Below are positions 11,533 through 23,100 of a stretch of 64,000 nt of DNA, piece by piece. Within the stretch, counting starts at the first letter, position 1. The number at the start of each line of letters is the position of its first letter. Both the position numbers and the translations under genes were made by a program. The stretch lies in assembly GCA_002104945.1 (NCBI GenBank), contig MCFH01000048.1, forward strand, positions 124,001 to 188,000, read 5' to 3'. The stretch is from Piromyces finnis finn. Lineage: Eukaryota > Fungi > Neocallimastigomycota. The notes below the pieces were generated by a model. The model worked only from the letters and a program-made list of their open reading frames with translations, was not told the origin of the DNA and ran no database searches.

Positions 11533-12595
11533 TAGAATTTAATTATAATTTTTACTAAAAGAGGCAACTGTTACACACAAAACAGAAGATACCTCGACAG
11601 AAAAATTATTATTTATGTCTAAAAAAGGGCATAATTAATTGAATAATATAATTTTATTATATGTCATAATTAAATATATAATATATGATATGCAAAAATG
11701 TTACACATATCATAAATTAAAATTTTATTAATTATAAATTAAAAATTTTTCTATTCAAATATTAAGAGATTATTCATAATATATATTAAGGATTTAATTA
11801 ATATATGTTACAGTGAATGATCCATATATTATGAATGAAATCAATTTAAATCCTTAGCTATCCAAAACCATTAAATTTCAAATAATGGATAGTTGGAAAA
11901 AGTACGAGGATTTTTGAGAAAATTTTTAAAAAATTGAAAAATCAAAAATAAATTAAATGAATAAAAATTAAAATTAAATAAATTTTTATTTTTATAACTA
12001 TTCAAGTGTTTTGTGATATCTTATTTGAACCGTAGCAATTCGTTGATATAATTTGTTAAGGAACCAACAAATAATGTTATTCTTGTCATAATTAATGATT
12101 ATGACCTAATCCATTATTGTTCCTAAATGTATGAAAACTTTACAATATTCTTATTTGTAAATTAATGTATACACTTAAATTATATTTAAAATTATTAATA
12201 ATTATTTTTATTGAACTTAAATTTTATTTTATTAAACTTAAAAATTAATTTAGTAATAATAATATATTGAAAATTATAGTTTATTGAACTTTTAGTTTAA
12301 TTTATCAAGTTAATGAATTTTTATTAATTAAAATTATGAATAATATTTCTGTAAAATAGTAAAATTCTTTAGTTAAATATATTTAAAGTAAACTTTTAAT
12401 GTATGTTAATCAATTTAATAATATGTATAAATATTTATTATAATAGTAATGTAATTTCATTATTCATTTAAAAGTAATTTAAATACTAAAATTAATGTAA
12501 GTAATTAAAGACTAATTCTTTTAATTAACACTACTTAATTTTTTACAAAAAGTATAAAAAGGTGTATATTATAAGAATTAGAGAATATACAGATA

Positions 12596-12626
<31 letters not shown>

Positions 12627-12765
12627 TTATAATTTTATATTAATATCTTAATAAAACAATTTTATTAATAAAACAATTTTTCTTATTTCATTTTAATATT
12701 ATTTTTGAGTATTAATAAATTTATTAATATTTTATAAATAAAAGTAAATTCCTCGAACCGTAACA

Positions 12766-13557
12766 AATTTGGTAATAATCTTAATTTTGAATTTTACTTC
12801 AAAAAGTGATTATTATATTATATCTTTTGTTATAACTATATAAGTTATATTGATTAAGATTTAAGATCGTTTTATAAAAATTAATAAAATTGTTTTGTTA
12901 AAACACTAAATTGTTTTATTAGAAACACTTGTTTTTCTAATATTTAAATATTTAAAATTTTATTTATTTAATTTAAAAGTGATTATTAAAATTACAAAAT
13001 ATTAATCTAACTATATAATATTTCTTTATTAATAATAATAATGATTAAAATAAGAATATTTACATGTATTTATATTTTCTTTTAAATTTAAACTATTTAC
13101 ATTAAAACAATAAAATTAATAACTATTTACAATAAAAGTAATTAGAAATAACAATAAAAGAAATAATTAAAAGTTAAAGAATATAAAAAGTTGTTTATTT
13201 TTACAATTAATTAAAGTAATAATTATTTTTAATGTTTTAATAAAGGTGTTTAATTATATTATTTTATAACATGAATTATTATATTTGTTTACTTTTAAAG
13301 TGTAATTTACTAACGAAGTTATTAAATATTTAATTTAACAATTAATTTAACAAGAGTTATATATTTTGATCTCGATTAATTAAAGTTTATTATTTTCTTT
13401 CGATAATCAAAATATATGCAGTGTTTAGGATTAATTTTATTTAAGAATTTTGGTAAAGTACTTAATTAAACTATAACTTGTTTTAAGTTACTTTTAGGGT
13501 TAACTTAAAAATCAGGTATAATAATAATTTTATATTTATTAATTTCATTATTTATCA
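12766..13557. repeat. Solo LTR D1 (left terminus altered)
   Basis: Near-identical to 51201-52024 and 40702-41522. Ends ..TTTATCA. Confidence 0.85.
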
Positions 13558-14011
13558 AAAAAAGTGTAAAAGGTTTTTTTATAATATTAGTTAATAGGTT
13601 ATTAATTAGTTAATTAAGTTAGTTATTACTTCTCTATACGAGTTAATAACTAAATAAAGTTTTATAAAAAATAATAAAAGAAAGAAAATAAATATTATAA
13701 CACTAAAATAAATATAAACACTTATATAAATATTTTATGAAATAACTTTTACTTAAATAATTATATTTTAATTATATCTTTTATTTATTAATTATAATTA
13801 TCTACATTAATTATTATTATAGTTATTAATTTACTTTAATACTAACGCTAAAGTATTTAACGTTAGTTTTGACTATACTATTTAACTATATGAGTTTATT
13901 TTCTTTACCACTTGATTGGGTAAAGCAAATAAACTTCCTATTGAATTAATAACCATTAATATATGGTTATGCATATATTTGGCCAATAAATGGTGACCAG
14001 AATATATGGTT

Positions 14012-15044
14012 TGTAAAAGTTTTACTAAACTTATAATTTAATATTAAAATATTAAATTAAATAAAAGGTTAAAAGATAACTAGGTTAGAAAAAAAATGTT
14101 TTATTAAAATAATCTTAATTGACTTATAAATGAATAATTATATTATGTATTATAGTTAAAATAATTCCTTTTTATTTTATTTAAAGAATATATATAATAA
14201 TAAGATTATTTAATAGTAATACTTATTAAGTATTAATAAGATAATAATCTTTACAAAGATTTAATTCATAAAACTATTCTAAACTATTTATACTATTTGT
14301 AATTTTACATTTAATAATAAAATAACTTTTCAATACATGATTATATTCATAATATATTTTATAATACTTAAACTAAACTTAAGACTTATTCCTAATTATT
14401 AAAAAATAACTATTGTTTATAATATTCATAATATTAATTATTTCTTAATTATAATATAATTCATTGAATATAATATTAATAATTATAATCCTCTAGTTCA
14501 AAGATTATAAGATATGTTATTGAAATAATTATTATAAAATAAAGTTAATTAGTTCCGGAAAATAATTTTAATTTAATTAAACAATAATTTTTTATACTTT
14601 GAGTGAATGATTTATGTTTGATATATCAGGGGTGATCATTCTCTGAATAAACAATTAATCATTGCTAACAAAATATCTTTAAATTGGAATATCTCGTGAA
14701 CCAGCAGAGATATTGACCTGATTTTAAGATATGTTGTTTGTCTCGAGCGTGGCTTTCTAACGAACGTAATTATAACCAAAATATTATTATTCAAAAATCG
14801 TCATTCGTTGAGGAGATACGCGTGTTTTTTCTTATTCCATTTTAACGATAAGGGTTAAAGTTATTTATTATAAAAATTATTAAGGGTTAAGGTCATATTT
14901 TAACCTTTTCTAAATTTTTAAATATTTCTTAATAAAATTTTATAATTTATTTGAAAATAAAATATTTGTTGATTTTGAATTTTCATAAGTGATTTCACAA
15001 TTCCAAGTGATCTTGAAATTGTAATTTCACTAGTATTCGTGACA
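14012..15044 (-). repeat. 3' LTR of C
   Basis: Direct repeat of 20650-21680. Confidence 0.95.
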
Positions 15045-15963
15045 TCGCTCCGCCAAAAAAAATCGAATACCAGGCGATTGAAATAATATAAAATAAAGTT
15101 GTATAATAAAGTATAATTGAAATAAATTGAAGTAGTATATATTAAATATAAACCAATATATAGTTGTATGTGTAACATGAAATAAAATGGTAACTAAATA
15201 AAGAATATATTTAATATAATATGTTGAATATATTGCAATATATGAAATAAAATTAAAAAACATTTTCTTGTGTAACATTCAGTCAAATTCATAAAATTTT
15301 TGAAAGAAATGTTGAAATTTAAATTGATCATTGAGTGAAAAAATTGAAATTCGTACGAAAAATTAAAATTTGAATAAGAAATATTATTCCTAGGATATTG
15401 AAACACTTTTTATTTTTGAAAAATGTTAACATTTGCTAAAATAATTGAAATTTCAAAAATTGATCAAATAAACTTTAATTAATATGATTTTGAAAAAAAA
15501 AATTTTTTGAAATTTTTGAAAAATTTTTAATAATAAAAAATTTTTTCATTAAATACAAAAAAAATTTTGAACTAAACTTTTGAAAAAATGTCACTGAAAG
15601 AATATTGATTTTAATGATCGATCGAGATAGTGACAATATTGAAATTGATACTATTGAATAGAGAATAAAATAAGCATTAACAACATATAAATATTTGTAA
15701 TTGTACTGCTAAAATAAATTGAAAATTATTCTCTTTAAATATTTAATTTTCATTATAAAAATTTTGTGTTTTAAATTAAATAAATTGATAAAATTGTTGG
15801 ATCAAAAATTATTGAATTGAAATTTAACATTCATAGAAAAAATTTTTGAAATTTGTGTTGAAATGTATTAGATGAGTAATACAAATTATAATAAAACATA
15901 ATGTTAGTGAAAGATATTAACAAATTTTTAAAAAATAAAATTGTTGAAATGCAATTTAAAGAA

Positions 15964-18900
15964 TTAGATTTTGTGTTTTCTAATACTTTTATTGAATTGA
16001 ATTAATAATTCTTGATATCTTGGGTCACTTTCTATTACTGTAGCAGGAACCCAGTGCCAACTTAGGCGGTGATTATAACGAATTTTATATTCGTAGCGTT
16101 TTTCTTTATAATTTGTCCTAAAGTCACCAATTTCTATAATTTCTGCATTAGTTTCTTTATATTTAAATCTATTTTTAAATTTATCTGGCGTAGATACATA
16201 AGGTTCAAGTTCCGATATGTGAAATACAGGGTGGTGTTTTGGAAAAGGTGATTTTGAAATATCTATTTTATAATTACCATTGTTTAAAACTTCTAAAACC
16301 TTGTAAGGACCATACTTACGAGGCGCTAGTTTGGCATTTTCAGTAGTAGCAAAAGCAGGAGGTGCATGAATCCAAACTTTTTGTCCTTCATTCAATTCAG
16401 GAGCAATAATTCTTTTCTTATCGGCAGCTCTTTTGTATAAATCTTGAGATCTAAGCAAAACATCTTTAACTAAAAGGAAATTTTTACTAACATCTTTAAT
16501 GTATTTAAAGTTTGAATCAGAACCTTGAAACAAAAAGACATCATCCATAGGTGGGTGGAATCCATAATTAATGAAAAATGGAGTTTGTTTTGTCGATTCA
16601 TGAACTGTATTATTATAAACAAATTCAGCTAGATGTAACCATTCAATCCAGTCATCGTGGAAAAATGTTCTTGAATAGCAACGTAAATATTGTTCAATGA
16701 AAGAGTTACAACGTTCTACTTGACCAACGGTCTCATGGTGATCTGTGGTAGCTATTTTTGGCTTAACACGCAATTTTTCCATAATTTCTATCCATAAAGC
16801 ACTAGTAAATTGTGTTCCTCTGTCCGTATAAATATCTGTAGGTAGTCCATGGAGTTTAAAAATATTTTTTAGGAAAGCTTTGGCAGTTTCTTCAGCTGTA
16901 GGTATTTCTTTGAACGGAATAAGGTGAATCATTTTTGAAAAGCGATCTACAACAACCATTATAACGGAAAACTTTTTTGATTCAGGGAGACCACAAAGAA
17001 AATCGATTTCAATAGATTTCCAAGGGCGATCAGGAATTTCTAAAGGTCTTAAAAGATCATATCTTTTATGTCTATTAACTTTATTTCTGGAACATTGTTC
17101 GCAAGAATTGACAAAATTTACGATATCTTGATGCATTTTGGGCCACCAAAAATTACGGTTAATTAGTTCTTCAGTTCTTCGAATACCTAAATGTCCAGCA
17201 GTAGCGTTATCATGGTACCTGGTTAAAATATCTACATGAAGTTTTTCTGGTACATAAATTAAATTATTATATAAAATTAAATTATTTTTTATTTTAAATT
17301 TTTCCATTTTTCTGAAAGGTCTGTAAAAGTAACCTTGATTAGCATTATTAGGACTAAAGTAAAGATAAATATTATTCGCATTTTCATCATCCTTATAATT
17401 TTCTATTATTTGATCAATGAGAGAACCAACAATACCAACAAAACATGGAGTATCGGGAACGTTTTTATAATCTAATATATGTTCTGGTTTAGGTTCAACA
17501 TTATTTTTCTCGTAATCAGGTCTTCTTGACAAACTATCAGGTTTACCATTTTTTCTTCCTTGGCGGTATATTAATTGAAAATTATATTCTTGGAAAAATA
17601 AATGCCAACGATGTTGACGTTGGTTTCCGACTTTACCACCTAAGGTGTATAGAAGGTTTTTATGGTCAGTAAAAACGGTTACTTGGTATTTAGCACCTAG
17701 TAATAAATGTCTCCAGGTAGAAAATGCACATTTTATAGCTAAAAGTTCCTTTTCAGTAATTGAATAATTTAATTCAGCATTGTTTAAACATCTTGAATAA
17801 TATGCTACAGGATGTAATTTGTTATCTTCATCCTTTTGAGAAAGTATACAACCAATGGCAAAATTACTAGCATCGCATTCGACAATAAATGGTTTGGTTG
17901 GATCTGGATGTAATAAAATAGGTGAAGAGATTAGTCTCTTTTTTAATTCTAAAAATGAGTTATTACATTTATCATTCCAATTAAAACTAGTATTTTTCTT
18001 TGTTAAATTGTGAAGCGGTTTAGCAATAGTAGCAAAATCTTTTATAAATCTTCTATAATAGTTGCATAATCCAACAAAGCGTTGAACATCTTTTACACAA
18101 TTAGGTGTAGGCCATTCTTGGACAGATTTAATTTTCTTTGGATCAGTAGATATACCATTGCCTGATATAACGTGTCCTAAAAATTCAACTTCTGGCTTGT
18201 GAAATTCACATTTCTTTAATTTAGCAAATAAATTATTTTTGAGCAGTGTTTGGAGAACAGTACGAACATGTTGTATATGTTCATCTAATGTTTCCGAGTA
18301 AATCAGAATATCATCTAAATATAAAATAACAAATTTTTCTAAATAAGGGCGTAATACTGAATTAATAAATGATTGAAATGTAGCAGGGGCATTTCTTAAA
18401 CCAAAAGGCATTACTAAATATTCATAGTGACCATATTTAGTTCTAAAAGCTGTCTTATATTCGTCTCCTTCACGAATACGCACTAAATTGTAAGCAGAAC
18501 GAAGATCTAATTTTGAAAAAAATTTAGCACCTTTCACTCTTTCGATAATGTCAGTAATTAGAGGAAGTGGGTAAGAATTGCGAATTGTAACTGCATTTAA
18601 TTTTTTGTAATCAATACAAAGACGTAACGATCCATCCTTCTTTTTCTGAAATAAAACAGGATAACCAGCCGGAGATTCAGATGGTCTAATGAATCCTTTC
18701 TTGAGATTTTCATCTATGTATTCTTTAAGAACTTGGGATTCATCTTCAGATAGAGGATATATAGGACCATAATGTAAAGAAGCATCTTTTTGTAAAACGA
18801 TTTTACAATCCGTTAGCCTATGTGGTGGTAGTTTATCAGCCTTAACCTTGCTGAAAACTTCCGCTAAATCACGATATGGTTCTGGTACTTCTTCTAATTT

Positions 18901-19671
18901 GAAGTCTTCTTCATTATCATCTTCATCATCAGTATTATAATCTTTTTCACTATTAGCTAAAAATGAGTGAATAAGGTAATTATAGCTGAAATTTTGATAT
19001 TTTGGTTTAGAGTAATTTTTCAAATTATTAAAAGATGTATTGGAAGTTAATTTATTATGATTAATGGTTTTAATTTTTAAATTTTTGGATTTATTCAATC
19101 GGTTTTTATTAATTTTATATATAATTTTATTAGAATTTAATTTTTTAAAATTGTTAAAATTTAAACTTGAATATACAAAATTTTTATTATAATTAAAATG
19201 TAGTTGATATTTGTGTAAAAATTTATTGCCTAATAACAAATCTGTTGGAAGATTTTTAATAATTAGAAATTTTTCTTTAAAAGTAATTAAAAATTTTGAA
19301 TGATTAATATAGATAGTAGTCTTAAAATATAAGAAGGTGTATGTATCAATAAATATTGAACCACTAATTCCATTTATTTCAATTGAGTGTAATAATTTGT
19401 GTGGTTTTAGTTTTAATTTATTGACCAAGTTGATTGAAATAAAGTTGCAATATGAGCCACTATCTAAAATTAAATTGTATTGATTTTTATTAATTGAATT
19501 TTTTAAATCATAAAGTTTGTTTAATTTAATTGGGATAAAAAATTTTAAGTTGAAAAATGTTGTAGGCAATTTTTTATTTATTTTAGAGTCATATGTAGGA
19601 AAGTTGTAATGTATTATTTTTGTATTATGAACTCTCTTAGACTCTCTTGAGAGTTCATTTCTTAGTTTTTT
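15964..19671 (-). CDS. pol: Pol of C (PR, RT, RNase H, IN, degenerate chromodomain-like tail), entered by -1 frameshift
   Basis: ORF 15964-19569 stays open back to the slippery site at 19665-19671. Motifs ILDSGS, YLDD, VECDAS, HHCC, IEIDF and terminal YEYKIRY..W.WVP. Confidence 0.93.
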   Translation of the reverse strand, partial: KKLRNELSRESKRVHNTKIIHYNFPTYDSKINKKLPTTFFNLKFFIPIKLNKLYDLKNSINKNQYNLILDSGSYCNFISINLVNKLKLKPHKLLHSIEINGISGSIFIDTYTFLYFKTTIYINHSKFLITFKEKFLIIKNLPTDLLLGNKFLHKYQLHFNYNKNFVYSSLNFNNFKKLNSNKIIYKINKNRLNKSKNLKIKTINHNKLTSNTSFNNLKNYSKPKYQNFSYNYLIHSFLANSEKDYNTDDEDDNEEDFKLEEVPEPYRDLAEVFSKVKADKLPPHRLTDCKIVLQKDASLHYGPIYPLSEDESQVLKEYIDENLKKGFIRPSESPAGYPVLFQKKKDGSLRLCIDYKKLNAVTIRNSYPLPLITDIIERVKGAKFFSKLDLRSAYNLVRIREGDEYKTAFRTKYGHYEYLVMPFGLRNAPATFQSFINSVLRPYLEKFVILYLDDILIYSETLDEHIQHVRTVLQTLLKNNLFAKLKKCEFHKPEVEFLGHVISGNGISTDPKKIKSVQEWPTPNCVKDVQRFVGLCNYYRRFIKDFATIAKPLHNLTKKNTSFNWNDKCNNSFLELKKRLISSPILLHPDPTKPFIVECDASNFAIGCILSQKDEDNKLHPVAYYSRCLNNAELNYSITEKELLAIKCAFSTWRHLLLGAKYQVTVFTDHKNLLYTLGGKVGNQRQHRWHLFFQEYNFQLIYRQGRKNGKPDSLSRRPDYEKNNVEPKPEHILDYKNVPDTPCFVGIVGSLIDQIIENYKDDENANNIYLYFSPNNANQGYFYRPFRKMEKFKIKNNLILYNNLIYVPEKLHVDILTRYHDNATAGHLGIRRTEELINRNFWWPKMHQDIVNFVNSCEQCSRNKVNRHKRYDLLRPLEIPDRPWKSIEIDFLCGLPESKKFSVIMVVVDRFSKMIHLIPFKEIPTAEETAKAFLKNIFKLHGLPTDIYTDRGTQFTSALWIEIMEKLRVKPKIATTDHHETVGQVERCNSFIEQYLRCYSRTFFHDDWIEWLHLAEFVYNNTVHESTKQTPFFINYGFHPPMDDVFLFQGSDSNFKYIKDVSKNFLLVKDVLLRSQDLYKRAADKKRIIAPELNEGQKVWIHAPPAFATTENAKLAPRKYGPYKVLEVLNNGNYKIDISKSPFPKHHPVFHISELEPYVSTPDKFKNRFKYKETNAEIIEIGDFRTNYKEKRYEYKIRYNHRLSWHWVPATVIESDPRYQELLIQFNKSIRKHKI

Positions 19672-20465
19672 GAGTTCATTTTTTGAACTTTATTGACATA
19701 ATTATTATTATTGTTTGAATTTTGATAATGGGTTTTATTCTTATTGAATTTCCTATTGTTTCTCTTATTGTAATGTTGATTTTTATTATTATTATTATTG
19801 ATATTTAATTTATTATTAGTAGCAAGAGAATTTTCAAAAATTATACACTTTGTAACCATTTCACTTAAAGTGTTAGGTAAAATATCAGCTTTCTTAATTT
19901 CATTCTTATATTTTGGATGTAAACCATTTAAAAATATTAGTGAAAGACTAATGTCATCTATCTCTAAACAACGACTTAAATCTCTAAATTTGTTAATATA
20001 ATCGTTCACTTTTCCATAAGCTTGTCTTAATTCTATTAATTGAATCATGGCTAATTTGGTACTGGTAACATTTGAAAAAGCTTTGTTTAATTCACTTAAT
20101 AGTTCGTTCATAGTCATAGGAGTAATACCATCTTTATATTTAATATGATACCAAGTTCTGGCAGAATCACGTAATCTAACAACAACAAAGTTAATTTTTA
20201 CTTCTTCAGATAGTTGATTGTTAGGTGGAGTTTTAAAGGTAGCTTGGCAGAGTTCGCAGAATAACTCAGTCTGAGTAGTATCACCAGTAAAGAATCCTGG
20301 ATCTGGTACTTGTTTGATAGGATAGGTTCTATTACGCATTATAACATCATGATCTTCATCATAATCAGTAGAAGATTCCTCGGTTTCAGTATAATTAGCA
20401 CGACTCTTAAGTTCCTTTAACATAGCATCCATACGTTCTAACAAGGAGGTGGTATTTTTATCCAA
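19662..20465 (-). CDS. gag: Gag of C (no CCHC knuckle visible)
   Basis: 267 aa. PDPGFFTG..LRDSARTWY retrotransposon-gag pattern. Lies between the PBS and pol. Confidence 0.88.
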   Translation of the reverse strand: MDKNTTSLLERMDAMLKELKSRANYTETEESSTDYDEDHDVIMRNRTYPIKQVPDPGFFTGDTTQTELFCELCQATFKTPPNNQLSEEVKINFVVVRLRDSARTWYHIKYKDGITPMTMNELLSELNKAFSNVTSTKLAMIQLIELRQAYGKVNDYINKFRDLSRCLEIDDISLSLIFLNGLHPKYKNEIKKADILPNTLSEMVTKCIIFENSLATNNKLNINNNNNKNQHYNKRNNRKFNKNKTHYQNSNNNNNYVNKVQKMNSKN

Positions 20466-20649
20466 TTGTTGAGTGATATACTTGTCTAATTCACCACAAA
20501 GATTTTTCTTAAATTCTTCTAAATCTTGAGGCTTTAGGAATTGTTGAACTGGTTTAGGTGTTGGTTGAGTCTTTTTTTTTTTTTTTTTTAAATTTTTAAA
20601 TTAAGTTTTTTCCTAAGGTAGTTATGGTAAAAAACGCGGTAAAGATTAT

Positions 20650-21680
20650 TGTAAAAGTTTTACTAAACTTATAATTTAATATTAAAATATTAAATTAAAT
20701 AAAAGGTTAAAAGATAACTAGGTTAGAAAAAAAATGTTTTATTAAAATAATCTTAATTGACTTATAAATGAATAATTATATTATGTATTATAGTTAAAAT
20801 AATTCCTTTTTATTTTATTTAAAGAATATATATAATAATAAGATTATTTAATAGTAATACTTATTAAGTATTAATAAGATAATAATCTTTACAAAGATTT
20901 AATTCATAAAACTATTCTAAACTATTTATACTATTTGTAATTTTACATTTAATACTAAAATAACTTTTTAGTACATGATTATATTCATAATATATTTTAT
21001 AATACTAAGGCTAAACTTAAGACTTACTACTAATTATTAAAAATAACTATTGTTTATATATTTATAATATTAATTATTTCTTAATTATAATATAATTCAT
21101 TGAATATAATATTAATAATTATAATCTTTTAATTCAAAGATTATAAGATATGTTATTGAAATAATTATTATAAAATAAAGTTAATTAGTTCCGGAAAATA
21201 ATTTTAATTTAATTAAACAATAATTTTTTATACTTTGAGTGAATGATTTATGTTTGATATATCAGGGGTGATCATTCTCTGAATAAACAATTAATCATTG
21301 CTAACAAAATATCTTTAAATTGGAATATCTCGTGAACCAGCAGAGATATTGACCTGATTTTAAGATATGTTGTTTGTCTCGAGCGTGGCTTTCTAACGAA
21401 CTTAATTATAACCAAAATATTTTTATTCAAAAATCGTCATTCGTTGAGGAGATACGCGTGTTTTTTCTTATTCCATTTTAACGATAAGGGTTAAAGTTAT
21501 TTATTATAAAAATTATTAAGGGTTAAGGTCATATTTTAACCTTTTCTAAATTTTTAAATATTTCTTAATAAAATTTTATAATTTATTTGAAAATAAAATA
21601 TTTGTTGATTTTGAATTTTCATAAGTGATTTCACAATTCCAAGTGATCTTGAAATTGTAATTTCACTAGTATTCGTGACA
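20650..21680 (-). repeat. 5' LTR of C
   Basis: Minus strand begins TGTCACGAATAC and ends ..TTTTACA, followed by a self-complementary PBS. Confidence 0.95.
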
Positions 21681-21747
21681 TGGTTTCAATTGAAATATTT
21701 GTGGGCAAACTTATGGCCACAAATATTTCTTACAAAAAGTAGGAGTA

Positions 21748-21829
21748 GTCACTTTGGCGGAGTGGTTAACGCGGTGGCCTGCTAAGCCATTTCCCTTTGG
21801 GAGCGCAGGTTCGAGTCCTGCAGGTGACG
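21748..21829 (+). tRNA. tRNA-Ser(GCT)
   Basis: Acceptor GTCACTT/AGGTGAC, anticodon arm GTGGC-CTGCTAA-GCCAT, long variable arm, GGTTCGAGTCC B box. Confidence 0.95.
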
Positions 21830-21838
21830 AAATTATAT

Positions 21839-21911
21839 GCGAAGTTGGCGCAGTCGGCAGCGCGTAAGTCTCATAATCTTAAGGTCGTGAGTTCGAACCT
21901 CACACTTCGCA
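21839..21911 (+). tRNA. tRNA-Met(CAT), elongator type
   Basis: Acceptor GCGAAGT/ACTTCGC, loop CTCATAA. G1:C72 and a GTTC T-loop argue against an initiator. Confidence 0.95.
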
Positions 21912-22402
21912 TATTATTTTAAATATAGAAAAAATTTTTATTTATAATCATTGTATAAATGTTAAATAATAAAACAATATATATATATATATATTTGTAT
22001 ATAATAATTTTTTTCAAGAAATAGACTAATAAAAATTTTTACTTATTTTATTTGGTTATTTATAATTTATTTATTAATAAATATTATTACAAATCTATAC
22101 TAATATTACTTATGTTTTATTAATTATATATAATAATATTTTCTTTTATTTTTTTTACAATACTTTTTATTATATAAAAACTTATTTTTATCTCTTAATT
22201 ATTATTATTTATTATTTAACTAACTATATTAATTATAACTTAAAATTAACTTATTTCTTAATAATATAAGTCTTCTTATTTTGTACTAAAAATTATTTTT
22301 ATAATTTAAAGATAAATTTATAAAATATTTAACTTTATATAAATTATATTTTTAAAATAAACTATATAAAATTATTTAATAATTATTTTTATAATAAAAT
22401 TT

Positions 22403-23100
22403 TGTGAAAATATTAACTGAATTTAAAATAAAATCAGATAATATCTATATCAACTAAAACATAATAATTATAATTAAATAATTTTAATAATTATTTTAAA
22501 ACACCTTTAAAAGACTCATTTTGATATTTGATTTAGTAAAAGGGTTATAACTTCAAAAACTTTATGTCAATAAACTATAACCCTTAATAGAAAATAAACA
22601 AACACAAAATAGGGTGTAATTCGCTAAAATAAAAACCAGATTTAATAGAAAGTTTAGGGGAAAAGCTACATTTTGGTACAATCGCAATCCTTCTAACTGG
22701 TCATTTAAGGAAAAGATGATCATTTAAAGTTTTCAATAGGTAAATTAAAATCAATATGATATATCAAATATGGATCATAAATATTTCTTATGACTTTATA
22801 AAAATTAAAAATATATCAACAAGAACTCTAGTTACATTAAATTAATGGAAATGACTGTTACTAAAAATATAACTAAACCATTTAGGTGTAACAGTTATCA
22901 TACATAAATGAAATAATATTAATTATTATAAACTAGGTTAACAGCAAGTTTTATTATTAAAAAATAATTTTTAAAATAATAATCATTTAATTGTAACAAA
23001 TATGTTATTATCAATTAATAATTAATTGAATTTATAATTATTAATTGTAATCAAATGTATAAATGATTAATCATATATTTATTTTACTGTATGCCATGAC
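22403..23100. repeat. Family-I LTR fragment, inverted relative to 61360-62334
   Basis: Reverse complement of about 61730-62334 (CCATTTAGGTGTAACAGTT, CACCTTTAAAAG, GGGTTATAAC). Confidence 0.8.

Larger units (their letters stand above)
14012..21680 (-). mobile_element. Full-length Ty3/Gypsy element, family C
   Basis: LTRs at 14012-15044 and 20650-21680 (about 1.03 kb, several mismatches). TSD TGGTT at 14007-14011 and 21681-21685. PPT-like GGCGGAGCGA at 15045-15054 (minus). Confidence 0.96.
13565..21734. repeat. Solo LTR D2 (13565-14011 + 21686-21734) split by element C
   Basis: TGTAAAAGG..CTTACA with TSD AAAAG (13560-13564, 21735-21739). An uninterrupted copy at 52032-52526 gives the empty site. 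Confidence 0.92.

Noticed and set aside
14918-15406. Extra (env-like) ORFs in the long 3' UTR of C
   Set aside because: Short, AT-driven F/I/Y-rich frames overlapping the LTR, with no coherent protein signal.
21839-21911. Initiator tRNA-Met as in the S. pombe dimer
   Set aside because: G1:C72 and a GTTC T-loop indicate an elongator tRNA.
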